In this document: positions 1 to 12,797 of the stretch, in pieces | Layout of the letters: each line of letters starts with the position of its first letter | How positions within the stretch are numbered: position 1 is the stretch's first letter | Source of the DNA: Octopus sinensis | Lineage: Eukaryota | Assembly (NCBI RefSeq): GCF_006345805.1 | Contig: NC_043002.1 | Location: forward strand, 68,386,001-68,450,000 | Direction of reading: 5' to 3' | Length of the DNA stretch: 64,000 bases | Notes under the pieces: model-generated | Seen by the model: the letters and a program-made list of their open reading frames with translations, nothing else | Told to the model about the DNA's origin: nothing | Database searches by the model: none | Made by a program: the position numbers and the translations under genes

Positions 1-450
1 ACGATACTCCTAACAAGTCTGTTTTTTAAGAGGCTTAGCTGTAAGCCAATTGAATCAAATTAGTGGTTAGATGGAACTCAGAATCATGGATTCCTTTTCT
101 CTTTCCCCTCATCCAAACCCTTAAACCCTTAAATTACAAAGCTAATTCACAAGACAATTCTTCCTTCTCATCCCAAACATTTGTAAACCTTGATCTATTC
201 ATCACTTCCTGCTGGTTTACCTACTGGTAAATAAACCAAAGGAATATTGTTTGAGACACAAATCTCTTGTCCTCTGTTTCTAACCTATCTCTGCTCTCGA
301 AGTACACTCTATAATCCAACTTTGTCTTGAAAATTGGTTTCTGTATATATAGATATAGATTGAAACCTTTCCTCTTATCACATGCATCTGTCATCAGGAT
401 ATCAACAATGATGACTTGCAATTGATCTGATTTGGACAGCTTCACTGCTA

Positions 451-1007
451 TCTATATATATAAAAGGCAGGAAGTGTGTGTATGTGTGTGTGTTTACGTG
501 AATGTAATTTATGCACGTCCACAAATTAGCACGCATGTCTCTCCAATATTAGGATGACATTCGTTATGACCCTAGCTGTATTTTCATCAACTTATTTTTG
601 CCAGAGCCACCAGCAAATAGTAGTAGAAATAAATTTTCAACCAAAACTTTTAACAATTTTCAAATCGGAGAAATCACCATTGCTTGCAAACAGGAGTTAA
701 GTCCCCTCCTAGCGACGAGTAAGTTTTTGTTAAGACTGTTGTTTTTTTTGCCATCAAGGAAAAAGATGTTTTGTTGATAGACGGGCAACACACACACACA
801 CATGAACATGTATGCGTACAAAAAACATGTATGTAATAGGTGTACGTACATACGTGTGTGTGTGCTGCCCATATATATATATAAACCAATTTCAATGGAT
901 TTCACCCGAATTTGACATTGATGTTACTTAGTTTGGTTTGAAATAAAGAACTTGATTAGCTTAATAATCCTAACTTAATCCTGGGCAAAGCCAGGTTATT
1001 CTGCTAG
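451..1007 (+). mobile_element. Non-autonomous Helitron
   Basis: A|TCTATATATATAAAAGGCAG 5' end; subterminal hairpin CCTGG-GCAAAG-CCAGG (980-995); CTAG|T 3' end; inserted in an AT dinucleotide with no TSD. Confidence 0.75.
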
Positions 1008-1901
1008 TTATCTATAAATAGTAGAACAACAAGCTAATAAAATCATTAGAGGAGTTGCAATGTGCCCCTTGTGAAAACTGTGGTTCCTTGTTTGCTTACC
1101 TGATCTCCTTGAGATCAGGTAACAGAACCATCGTGACCTGACAAGCATCACAGTATTGAGAAGAAGATAACCAACCTTTCAACTTCCCAATACGAAATTG
1201 CCTGAGACCACCTCTGGTTCTATGATACAAAAACTTGGCATTTTAAAGTGGATCTTTTTTTAAATTTTAAATTAAAAACCTTGAATCAACATTTTATAAA
1301 AGTATCTTTTACTAAGTTAGGTACCAAACACCACAAAGGAAAAAGTGAGTTACTTTACTAAAACCCATCCAAAATATTGATTTCAAATTTTGGCACAAGG
1401 CCAGCAATTTCGGGGGAGGAGGTAATTGATTACATCATCTCCAGTACTCAACTGATACTTATTTTATTGACCCTGAAAGGATGAAAGTCAAAGTCGACCT
1501 GGGTGGAATTTGAACACAGAGCATGAAGACGGACGAAATGCCACTAAGCATTTCATCCAGCATGCTAATGATTCTGCCAGCTCACTGTCTTATCCATCCA
1601 AAATATTGGCTACTTTTGAAATTAATTGAAACACATAAGTAGTACATTACTATATTTCTTTAAAAATAGGACAAAAATGTTAATGACAGCAAAGGTTAAT
1701 TAATTTTTGATTGTTTTGGGTTTTTTTTTACATAAGGCTTTGTGGAGCTAATTTACCTGGTCATAATATTGTCATTTCAAGTGTAAGGAAAATTCTTATT
1801 TTAACAATTAAGTTCTATCACTAAAACAAAACAAGAAGATTGATTGCTGAGAACAGAAAAATGGTGGTGGTGAGAAGATCCAAAAATTAAAGCATTCTTA
1901 C

Positions 1902-2217
1902 CGAACACACATGGTATATTCTTCTGCTCGCAAACCTCTAGGAGGTGCTCGATACAACCAGTCACAGCTATCATCAGAGGTAATCCTTTTTTTATGTAGA
2001 TCTCCTCTACAGTGAATTTCCAGTTCTGCTTGATTTCGGAACACAAGTTCACAAAAACTACATTCCAAGGTAATATTTTCCCCTCCATTGACTTGTTTTC
2101 TGTGAACATCACAGAGCCAATGGTTTTCTAAGTCTGATCTCTTTTTAAACTCCAAATCACAAATTTTACACCAATAACCAAATTCTTCAGAAACATTTCT
2201 GGAAGACTGAATCGTAT
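1902..2217 (-). CDS. HELZ: HELZ-like gene, internal coding exon (two C2H2 CX2CX12HX5H fingers plus start of the CCCH finger)
   Basis: Acceptor TTTTCCCCCTTTTTATAG before 2217 and donor GTAAG after 1902. Peptide (D)TIQSS...YWCKICDLEFKKRSDLENHWLCDVH...CSFCELVFRNQAELEIHCRGDLH...DWLYRAPPRGLRAEEYTMCVR. The last part closely resembles the vertebrate HELZ segment I recall as [22 protein letters not shown]. Phase 1 in, phase 2 out; downstream exons lie outside the window. Confidence 0.8.
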
Positions 2218-3160
2218 CTATAAAAAGGGGGAAAAAAAAAAGCAAATTATAGAACAGTTAATAGTCATGGGTGGGGGGTCAACATAATAATAAAATAAGA
2301 AATTATTTTCAGAGGATGCAGAAACATGGCTTACAGAAAAAACAGACCATTTACCTTTATGTGTTGAGGAATTTAAAAAAGTAAAAATATAAACATATTT
2401 ACGCAATGAATTTACAGAATTGTTTACAATATCAAACAAAATGTTTAACAAGTATTTATTCTGACTCTTTACATTCTGAGTTCAAATCTTACCCAAGCCA
2501 ACTTTGCCCTTCAGCCTTCCTAGGACAATAAAATAAAATACCAATCCAGATCAAGGTTTTAGCAGGATTGTTAGAGCATTGGATAAAATGATTTGCAGTA
2601 GGGAACTCTGTAACCTTTTAGCAATTATACAATTAACATGTGTCAACTTGGCAGTCCCCTACAGCTTTAGATGAAACATTGTGAGGACATGTCAGAGGAC
2701 TTAAAATATGCAGTTCAATGGGTAAACCCAGATATCAGTATTCAGTTCTCTGAAACAATTTTTAACCAAGCACAGATTGAAACTGAAGATCAAGTTTTGA
2801 CCATAGGAGGCAAAAATTTACAAGAGTCTGGTTCTCGACTGCCAAAAACAAACTGTCGAATTAGTGATTTAACTTGAAGAACATAATAAGAGAGAGACAA
2901 ATTATGATATCACAGACTTGGCTGCATTTGTCAATGAACATCAATCTAAACTTCTGCTAGAACGATGCTGTGCATATGATAAAAATTCTTCATGATTTAT
3001 TATTATTATTATTATTATTCTTTTATATTATGAATTGATTTCCCAACTGAAAAATAAATTCTATCCCAATTGAAGAATAAATTGAATTTAGAATAACAAA
3101 TTTCTCTACAACATATTTTGCTTTTTTCTTATAACAATATAATTCAATCAATTATTTTAC

Positions 3161-3377
3161 CTTCTGCATGGTTATAGGGACCATGGGAATTTGTAGAAAC
3201 ATTGTTGGTAGAATCCAATAATCGATTTCCATCTCCAGTGGGTAAACATAAGGTTGAAGACTGAGGACTGTGAAAGGAGTCCTTTCTCTCTTCCCCTTCA
3301 GGGGAGAGTCTTTTAAGATGGGATTCTAAGTTGGCATTCATGGTGTTGTCATAAACTTCATAATCATCATCAATATC
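3161..3377 (-). CDS. HELZ: HELZ-like gene, internal coding exon (acidic/low-complexity linker)
   Basis: Acceptor TTTTTTTACCAG, donor G|GTAAAA. Open frame DIDDDYEVYDNTMNANLESH...PYNHAE. Phase 0 in, phase 1 out; G+AT forms an Asp codon with the next exon. Confidence 0.8.
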
Positions 3378-4285
3378 CTGGTAAAAAAATATTTAAAATA
3401 CATATATAAAGTAGAACATGTTTCTTGTTTTTTTTGCAGAAAGCAGTTATAAAGTGATTGGCATTAGGAAGGGCATCCAGTTATAAAAACTATGCTTAAG
3501 CAACTGACATCGAAACATGATGCAGTCTTTCAAGTTGAATCCTGTCAAACCATCTAACCCATGCCAACAAGGAAAACAGATGTCAAAAAATGATAATGAT
3601 GCAATATCCAATTCTGTATCAATTTATAGCTAAATTTTATCATAAGTAATCAGTAAAAATAGCAATGATGAAATCTATAAAAATCAAAACCATATAAAAA
3701 GACAAGTTTGAGCAGAAATATCAATAAATATCAATGCTTACAATTGATGAAATAACCCAAGAAGAGACGAAGTCTTGAACGTACTTCACTCTAATTTACA
3801 AGGATATTGGATCACAAAATTATGAATACTAATCTGCAAGAGTCTGCAAGTTAGTAGAAATAATAGAATGCAATCCCAAAACTCTTACATCATTCTATTC
3901 AGATTTTGAATCATAACAGGGCTAATTTAGCATTTTATTCCTTCAAGATTGATACAATACGAACAAGCAGCAAGCTAAAATAGATTCAACTGATAAAATT
4001 ATGCCTTTGAAATATACATAGTGTAAAGAAAAACATTTAATAACTACCTATGATAGTGAAACTAACATTAAGTTAGTTTCACTATCAAACAGGAAATAGG
4101 AGTGAGGGAGTGCCTAGATGATGCAATACAATAAAAATAGTTACAAACAGTTGATGAAATAGTTGTAAAATAAAAATGAAATAGAATAAATAATAATAAA
4201 GGCAGTGCTCCAGCATGGCCACAGTCAAATGACTGAGACAAGGAAAAGAGTAAAACAGTAAAAGAGATGAAATTCTACAACTCAC

Positions 4286-4348
4286 CTGTTCCTGCAACGC
4301 TACAATTACATTCTTGATTCTGTTAAGTTCTACTGAAGCTTTTGTACT
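4286..4348 (-). CDS. HELZ: HELZ-like gene, 63-nt coding exon
   Basis: Acceptor CTGTTTTCCCAG, donor CAG|GTGAG. Encodes STKASVELNRIKNVIVALQEQ. Phase 0/0, compatible with both neighbours. Confidence 0.8.
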
Positions 4349-4426
4349 CTGGGAAAACAGGAGGAGAAGAAAATTTAGAGAAATAGATGTTTAAATATCA
4401 TTGTAAAAAGAGTTTCTTTACCATCC

Positions 4427-4474
<48 letters not shown>

Positions 4475-5784
4475 TGATTTTGATTTTTAACATAGAGGAA
4501 AACTGCAATTTTGGGGAAGGGTAAAGTCAAGATCAACTCCAGTTCCTCATTAGTATTATATTTTATATTTTAATGATCCCAGAACAACGAAAGGTAAAGT
4601 TGAACTTGAAAGGACGTAAAAAAGATTTATTAAAATTCATACACAATTGCAATAAATAAAAAATATCTATTTATATATTTATATAGATGTGTCTATTTAT
4701 TCTAGCAACATTGTCACAAAAACAAAAACAAGAAGTAACAACTAATGAGAGAAATATTCTGCATGTGTGTGTGTGTACCCATAGTCCTGTGTTTATGCAA
4801 GTCAGTACAATTCAAAATGAAATACAGGTAAAATGCAAGCTGTTGTTTAATCTTCATATCTCTATTTCCACTTCCTATATTTCATTTTACAGTGTATTGG
4901 TTTTTGAACAATTTTGATTTTAACTCTTCTGGATCATGTTGATTCTACCAAACAATTACATTAAGGGTACAAATGTCTGTTGAATACTGAGTCACTTACA
5001 AGCTTTGTGAAGGCACATGGTCTAGTGGTTAAAATGTTGCATTTACAATTACGAGGTCATGGTTTTGATTCCCAGACTAGCTGTGCATTGAGTTCTTGAG
5101 CAAAACACTTCATTTCATGTTACACCAGTCCACTCAGCTGTAAATGGGTAACCTTGCAACAAACTAGCGTACAAGGGTGTGATGGTAACCCAGAGAAACC
5201 ATGCAGAGGTCTCACAAGCCACATTTTGTATTCAGTAATTGAAAGGATGAATAATACAACCCATCCAGTGAATCCTGACTGGTTGGAATTAGTTGTTCAA
5301 CCACATCAAAGGATGATGAGACAAATTAATTCAAGGAGTAGGTGGCAGTTCAGATGAGCAAAGAACTGGGACATTCCATGTTGAAACAGACAGAGGATCC
5401 TTTTATGAGTTTAGGTTGTGAACCCACTAGGTCACATAATGAAAATGTGTCCCATTAAAATCTCAAGAGCAAAATATATTTTCAAATGAAATTCAAGAAA
5501 ATATAGAAAAGTGAACATTTAACTTTTCTGATACCAACCTACCTGACACTGCCTGTAGCACTAAGATACAAACTTCTTATTCTTAAGTGATCTAATCTTC
5601 CACCAAAATTTTATGTTAATTTATATTTCAAACATCAAATTAATAATAACAAAGTTATTTTACTAAATTCTTCATTATTTTAAAAATTAATAGAAAAGGT
5701 GTTTTTTTTTTCAACAGAAATATGGTAACAAAAGAGTTAAAGAATAGTTCCTCATTGACATAGGGAACCATAAGTAACACTTAC

Positions 5785-5906
5785 ATTAGGAATGATTTCT
5801 GCCCACTGTGTTGCAAATGATAAAGCAGCATCAAATTTTCCAAGTCGACACAGAAGTTTAACTTTACGTCCTAATGTCTTCTCATCATATGGATCAGTTT
5901 CCAAAC
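5785..5906 (-). CDS. HELZ: HELZ-like gene, coding exon with TPR-like helices
   Basis: Acceptor TCTTGTTTCAG, donor AAT|GTAAGT. Encodes xLETDPYDEKTLGRKVKLLCRLGKFDAALSFATQWAEIIPN, a TPR-like pattern. Phase 1 in, phase 0 out. Absent from the ORF track. Confidence 0.78.
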
Positions 5907-8269
5907 CTGAAACAAGAATGATAAATGATACATTTTTACAAACTATGGCATCATGAAGTTGGTGCTTAACTTCAGACTTACTATAACTGTTGTTTTACTC
6001 TAGCTTCATAGCCATCATCTATAGACTAAAATTTACCCACACATTGGGGCATAATAACAGATGTGCAGCATATACCATTTGACCATAAGTGTCCACAGTT
6101 TTCTAGCAGTCCCAGCATCACTGTCCACTATGAGGGTCATGACCATGGTTCTGACAGGATGCCAATGGTTAATTTTCATATGAATGTGTTTTAAGATGAT
6201 AATCTAGCTAGTAGACAGTTCTGGATGTCTTGTACAGTGCCTAGAAAGCATGCTGTGGCTATTATCTTCCCGCTATTTTATTGGTCAAATGGAAAAGGTC
6301 ACCTCAAAGTTGTTCACTGGTCATTTTCTGCAACCAGAATACCTAAGAATAACATACATCAGCTAGCCCTAAGTTAGCCCAATTTTAGTAAACCTATGAT
6401 CCAGCCATAACCATCCTATCCTTATTTTTTTTGGTCCTTTTTTTTTCCCCTTAGGCATGATGTCATTTATGATAACATAATATATTTATTATTTAATTTA
6501 TCTATTCTTTCATAAGATGACATGGTAATTTGTCTGCTATTTCTAGGAAGTTGAGAGACTACACAGAGGTTCCTCATTGAATAATAGCAACAAACCTTTT
6601 AGCATTAAATTAATGAGAAGTGACTCTTACTCTAGATAGGTGACCAGTCTGTTGAGATCAGAAATTTTAAAAATTAAGTACAAATGCAAATGATTCAGTG
6701 ATTTATCTGTTGTGACTCAAATCAATGCCTCTTTATTGATTGATAACCATGGTGTTCTGACCATTGTACAGTATATACTCACTTTGATTTGGACCTACAT
6801 TGCTCATGTCATACTAATAAAGCTTGTCTGTTACCTCAAATGTTTGCTTACTTTTATCATTCACAAACATTCAGCTGATTCAAACTGCTTTCTACTTTTG
6901 GACCCATGACTGGTACCTCTCGGCCAATACACACAGACCATCATCTGCACTTACATCCACAATTTTTAACAGTAACAAATCTATTTTTGTCCAATCCTTG
7001 ATTGATCCTCAAAAAAATTTTCAATGATTATTTTTGTTGTTTTGGGACGATCATTACTCCAATACCAACACATGCACTGGTTCAATATTATTTCTTTATT
7101 GTTAGTCAATTAGTTAAATATACAACCAACCAACAAATTGATCATTTGTTTAATGTGCTGGTTAAAAAATCAATCAGTTGTTAATTAATCAAAGTACTTT
7201 CATCATTATTCACAACCTCTTCAATGACTTGCCCTCTCTCTTCAAGGTCTACCCCTGAGTCTCATTTCTTAGTTGATTTTAACCAAATGACTAACAATAG
7301 AGAAGTGATATAGAACCAGTGCATGTGTTATCATTATTGGCGTAATGACCATCCCAAAACAAACAAGATAATTTCAACACACAAATTCCTATCAACAATC
7401 TTGCAAACCAAATACGAAAACAAAGAAAAACTTGCAGTCTAATTTCAACAATATACAATATATATTCCCAATAAATACAGACATACTGATGGATATGGAT
7501 TCCCAGTCAATAAGTCAATAGCCTACTGATTGGGTTGTTTCACTTCTATAGAAACAATAACTTATGTCAGCTTAAAATAGAAAAGCCTCTTATGTGGTCA
7601 CTTGACCCACAAGAAATATCAACTAAATCACCCATATACCTCATTCTTAAAAGGCAGAAGATTGGTTAATGTATTCCTAGAAACAGTGTGTCTTAAAAAA
7701 TGAAGTTGAGATGGTCTCAGCTAGCTTGCTGTTATATTTCCTGTACAGGAGCTAAACGGGAGAGAGGGGAGTCTATGCAATAGCACTGCAGAGATAATTA
7801 TTGAATAAAATATACAATCCATTCACTAAATTTATTCCAACTGTGTTCATGTTAAACACAGCATAATATACACATAGATACGTTTAAAACAATTTCGTAA
7901 TAATTTCTTTATTACCCACAGGTGGGAGGGGGCTAAGCAGAGAGGACAAACAAGGACAGACAAAGGGATTAAGTCGATTACATTAACCCCAGTGCATAAC
8001 TGGTACTTATTTAATCAATCCCAAAAGGATGAAAGGCAAAGTCAACCTCGGTGGAACTTGAACCCAGAATGTAACGGCAGACGAAATATGCTAAGCATTT
8101 CGCCAGCTTGCTAACGATTCTGTTAGCTTGCCAGACAATCATTTCTACAAAAAGGACAAGGCTTGAAATTTGGAGAGAGGGGACTAGTCAATTACATCAA
8201 CCCCAGTATTACACTGGTACTTCCATAAATCTACAAATGTCATAAAATTGGATACTGTGTGACATCTTC

Positions 8270-8321
<52 letters not shown>

Positions 8322-8541
8322 TGATAATCCTTTCTATTATAGGCACAAGGCCTGAAATATTGGGGAAGGGGTCTACTTGATTACATCGACCCCCAATACT
8401 TGACTGATCCAAAAGGATCAAAGAGGAAAGTCTACTCTGGTGATGTCTGAACCTAGAAAAAAAACCCAGACAAAATGATGTTATGTATTGTGCAAGGCAT
8501 GCTAACAATTTTGCTAGCTTGCTACCTTAACAAAAACAACG

Positions 8542-8577
<36 letters not shown>

Positions 8578-8964
8578 TTTATGAAAGGAATGACAGTATT
8601 GGTTAAAATAGAGAAAATTTTACAAAAAAAAAAAAAAAATCAGGATAGTACTGCTATGCAAATGAAGATCCTAAGTATGAGAAAGAGATGCAAATACTAA
8701 ATTACAGCAACATTACTGGAAAAAGATTCCACAGAAATTATATTTCAGATATATGTAGTGCATGGCTTTATTAGGTCAATGTTTGAGAGAAAGAGATGGG
8801 CTTGGTGTGTTAGTAATCTAACTGGTTAGATCACTCATTTGGAGTGTCTTTCCCATGACACATATCTCTATTTGTCATTAGAAATTCTTTCTTTGAAGTT
8901 CCAATATGGACTGCTCATCATAAGCTGATGTTTTGATCATGTATTATATATATATATATATATA

Positions 8965-9370
8965 GGCGCAGGAGTGGCTGTGTGGTAAGTAGCTTGCGAA
9001 CCAACCACATGGTTCCGGGTTCAGTCCCACTGCGTGGCATCTTGGGCAAGTGTCTTCTGCTATAGCCCCGGGCCGACCAATGCCTTGTGAGTGGATTTGG
9101 TAGACGGAAACTGAAAGAAGCCTGTCGTATATATGTGTATATATATATATATATATGTGTGTGTTTGTGTGTCTGTATTTGTCCCCCTAGCATCGCTTGA
9201 CAACCGATGCTTGTGTGTTTACGTCCCCGTCACTTAGCGGTTCGGCAAAAAAGAGACCGATAGAATAAATACTGGGCTTAGAAAGAATAAGTCCCGGGGT
9301 CGAGTTGCTCGATTAAAGGCGGTGCTCCAGCATGGCCGCAGTCAAATGACTGAAAACAAGTAAAAGAGTA
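8965..9370 (+). mobile_element. SINE family A, full-length copy (tRNA-like head, CCTTGGGCAAGT-type core, internal TA/TG microsatellite)
   Basis: Near-identical copies at ~14344-14748(+) and ~58350-58720(+). Partial or decayed copies at ~16200-16370(-), 17785-18120(-), 24100, 25000, 27245(-), 29660, 48820(-), 49800, 55540/56200 and 57540. Confidence 0.85.
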
Positions 9371-9432
9371 TATATTACGGAGATGTACTTGCATAGCAAG
9401 TGACTTGATCTGAGATCGTGTGCTGGAACGAA

Positions 9433-9614
9433 AACAATTGCAGCGTGGAAGGTGTTTATAAGCCATTTAAGGAACACACAAAACCGTTAGATTCACTTCA
9501 ACATTTAAATTTAATTTGTCAAAATATTTTCAAATTAAATTTAAATGTTGAAGTGAATCTAACGGTTTTGTGTGTTTCTTAAATGGCTTATAAACACCTC
9601 CCACACTGCAATTG

Positions 9615-9616
<2 letters not shown>
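9433..9616. repeat. ~184-bp near-perfect palindrome
   Basis: Arms of ~86 bp (AACAATTGCAG...AATTTG and CAAATT...CTGCAATTGTT) with a few mismatches, centred on AAAATATTTT. Confidence 0.92.
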
Positions 9617-9659
<43 letters not shown>

Positions 9660-9660
<1 letters not shown>

Positions 9661-10042
9661 TAGCAGTATCGCCCGGCGTTGCTCAGGTTTGTAAGGGAAA
9701 TAACTATAAAGCATTTTTAGAGAGTTATAGCCAAAAAATAGCAAAAAAATGGAAAAAAATGATGGTAAATTTTTTTTTTAGTTAAAAAAGGTGGAGTTGC
9801 GTCCCCTAGACAGTTTGCGGTTTGTGTTTCTGATTCTCCACCCCATGTCGAATTTATCGATTTTTTTCAGAACTGGGGGAACTTTTCAAAATTTTCGCTG
9901 CGTTAGTTTTGAATAATGACATTGGGCTATGTGTGTGTCAAGTTTCATCAGAATCGGTTGAAAGCCGTGGTCAGGGTGAGGGTACAAGCAAACAGACACA
10001 CAGAAACACGCACAGACAAACTGCCGTTTATATAGAGAGAGA
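9660..10042 (-). mobile_element. Non-autonomous Helitron
   Basis: On the minus strand: A|TCTCTCTCTATATAAACGGCAG 5' end, GC-rich hairpin (plus 9672-9687) and CTAG|T 3' end. Sits between (TA)n and (CA)n/(CATA)n repeats. Confidence 0.75.
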
Positions 10043-10055
10043 TACACACACACAC

Positions 10056-10087
<32 letters not shown>

Positions 10088-10353
10088 ACCAGCTTAGACC
10101 ATTTTCGTTCATTTAATTAACAATGACAGATACATAGAAATAAACAGCTGTTGAGACTGAACTTCTAACTGGTTCAAACATGATATAACAAAATATAACT
10201 GTTGATTGCATTAGCACTGCCACTCTCCTGGTATGTCTTCTATAACCTGTCTATTTACCCAGCGTAGTTATGTTCCCTGAAAGATCTCATTTGAAACATC
10301 AAAAACTCATCTCCTACTGGCATAAGAACTTTGAGTGACGTTTCTCTGTCCGT

Positions 10354-12300
10354 TATAATAATAATAATAATAATAATAATTGTGTACAGTGCTCAGGTGC
10401 ACTACAACTCATCTAAAGTGTATATATAATCAGGTGAAGTTTCGGCGGATTTCGGAAAGCATGAGGGCCTTAAAAGATGCAGTGTCATGGCAGTCAACAA
10501 CTGACGCAGGCAGTTTATTCCATGCTTCAGCAACTCTGAGCGTGAAAAAATGTTTCCGAAAGTCATGGGAGCTGTATTGTTTTCTGACTTTGTAGGCATG
10601 TCCACGTGTGTTAGACACATGGAGATCAAAAAGGTGTTCAGTGTTGTTGTTGGTGAGGTGGTTGATAACTTTGTGGGTGTTTACCAAGTCCGTCGCCAAA
10701 CGCCGGAGCTTCAGTGAATCCATGCCCAGGGAAACAAGGCGCTCAGAATATGGTAGGTGTCTGATGGAGGGTATGCGTTTGGTTGCACGTCTCTGGACAG
10801 ATTCCAGGAGGTCAATGTTCTGTGCAAGATAGGGGTTCCAAACTGATGATGCGAATTCCAAGTGTGGTCGTACCATAGATGTATACAGTTTTAAATAGAT
10901 GGCTGGAGAGCGGCTAACAAAAGACCTGCTGAGTGATGCCAAGACACCCTCGGCCTTCCTGACAATCTTAGAGATATGCTTTGACCAACGCAGATCACTG
11001 CTGACAGTGATGCCTAGGTCACGCTCGCAAGAGGATTTCTTGATATCAGTGTTGTGGAGGGAGTATGTGAACGCAGGGTTTTTTCTCCCAAAATGCATGG
11101 TGGTACACTTGTCCACAGCCAGTTTCAGTTGCCAGTCTGTGATCCATTGCTGCATTGTGTCTAGGTCTGATTGCAGGAAATAGTTGTAGACATCAGGATC
11201 TGTCCTCTTGATTTCAAGGTACAGCTTGATGTCGTCTGCATATTTCAATACTGTGGCATTCTTTAAATTGGCATCTATGTCGTTAATGTATGCCACAAAC
11301 AAGAGGGGGCCAAGGACAGATCCCTGTGGTACACCCGATGACATCTCATATGGTGTAGAGTGCTGTCCTAGAACTGTGACTACCTCCTTTCGGCTGAGGA
11401 TGAAGGATTTCAACCAGTTAAAAAGGTCATCCCCCACACCCATTGCAGAGAGTTTCACCATAAGCCTTTTGTGTGGCACAGAGTTGAAAGCCTTAGCAAA
11501 GTCAAGGTAGACAACATCCACCCATGAGCCACTGTCAGTAATCTGAGTAATGTCCTCAAGGAACTCGACAAGCTGGTCACTGCAGCTGGAGTTAGGGACA
11601 AATCCATATTGTGAGGGTCGGATGAGACTGTGAGAGCTCCAGAAGTTCCAGAGTGTTTCTCTGACACACGATTCCATCAGTTTTGCAATACAGCTAGTGA
11701 GACTGACTGGGCGATAGTTGACAGGTGATGTGCGGTCGCCCTTTTTGAACAGAGGAATGACACTGGCAGTTTTCCACTGCTCCGGAGTAGCACCATTGTT
11801 GAGACAGTACTGGAAGAAAATAGAAAGCTGGTGTAAAAGGAAGTGCCTGCCACGTTTGAGAAGCAGGTATGTAACTCCATCGAGACCAGGGGAGGCATAG
11901 TTGCGCTTATTTTGAAGGTGACGTCGCAGCATTGCAGGTGTAAATTCCATAGTTGTTATGGAGTTTGCTGTTAGTGATGGTGAAGATGGTACATTTTGAC
12001 TTTCGACAGTGAATATGTTTGCATAGCACTCGGCAATGAGTTCTGCGCATTCCTTGGGGTCGTCAGTGATCTGGTTTGTGTGAGGGTTGCGAAGAGGGCC
12101 CACTGGAGAGTGAGGTCTCTGCTTTGAGTGCACATATTTCCAGAAAACCTTGCTGTCAGGATTGGCTGCTATGCACTGTTCAAATTCAAGCACTGCTTTT
12201 TTTGTCACTTGCTTGAGATGGTTGGAGGATTTATTCCGCTTCTTCCTGTTGGTGTCTGATTTATGCAACCTGTATTCCCGTTCAGCAGTCCGACGTTCCC
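10354..12300 (-). mobile_element. 5'-truncated CR1/L2-group non-LTR retrotransposon with an open 612-codon RT ORF (10430-12268) and (ATT)n tail
   Basis: RT motifs NYRPVSLTS, QYGF, YLDFAKAF, SGVPQGSVLGPLLF, YADD; CR1-type C-terminus RPHLEFASSVWNPY/LESVQRRATK/TRGH; short 3' UTR and trinucleotide tail; no endonuclease domain. Confidence 0.92.
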
Positions 12301-12797
12301 TCCTTATGTTTTATGTTTGTTAGCTATTCCAAAACTGTTGGTGCAAGGACAATGAAACTCAAACCAGCAGCTCCTCTAATCCCAGGGAATGTTCTAAGGG
12401 CATCTATTTTTTTAAGGACCACCTAATTGGGGCACCACTGACCCACCTATTTTTACTGCATTTTAAACTAAATACATGGCATTGGCAATCAAATCGGAGC
12501 AATGACAATGAATTTCATACCATGAACTTCCAAGCAGTATCGTAAGGAGGTTCAATTTATGAAGTGCTGCTTAAATGGAATCCCACTGACCCCTACTATT
12601 TTTACTGCATTTACCTCACTCCTACACTTATTGATTAAACTATGATCAGCATCAGAGCTTCACACATTTGCAGAAATAAGTTTCATTACACAAGAGTAGA
12701 GGGCTGCAAAGTGGCCCAATAGTGGGGCCGGAGGCCTCAAACGTGCCCTCCATAGGAGCTAGCCTTAATACTGCCCTAAGAGTGGTTTCAAGACTAG
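12301..12797 (+). mobile_element. Decayed Helitron-like element, 3' part (5' end possibly at 10310, split by the LINE)
   Basis: Degenerate hairpin ACTGCCCT-AA-GAGTGGT (12770-12786) followed by CTAG|T at 12794-12797; internal ~28-bp direct repeat at ~12437 and ~12584. Confidence 0.4.

Noticed and set aside
1801-2112. 103-aa ORF overlapping the zinc-finger exon
   Set aside because: Alternative frame with no recognisable motif; splice phases support the other frame.
1902-5906. Alternative identity as ZC3H7 (TPR plus CCCH/C2H2)
   Set aside because: The PPRG..EEYT.C motif and its position shortly after the TPR region fit HELZ better, though this rests on recall and needs BLAST confirmation.
7487-7545. 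Candidate minus-strand exon with GTATGT donor
   Set aside because: Stops in all three frames from the best acceptor; the alternative acceptor lacks a pyrimidine tract.
10608-11900. Plus-strand ORFs over the CR1 LINE, and similar antisense ORFs over both RTEs
   Set aside because: Shadow ORFs of GC-richer coding sequence.
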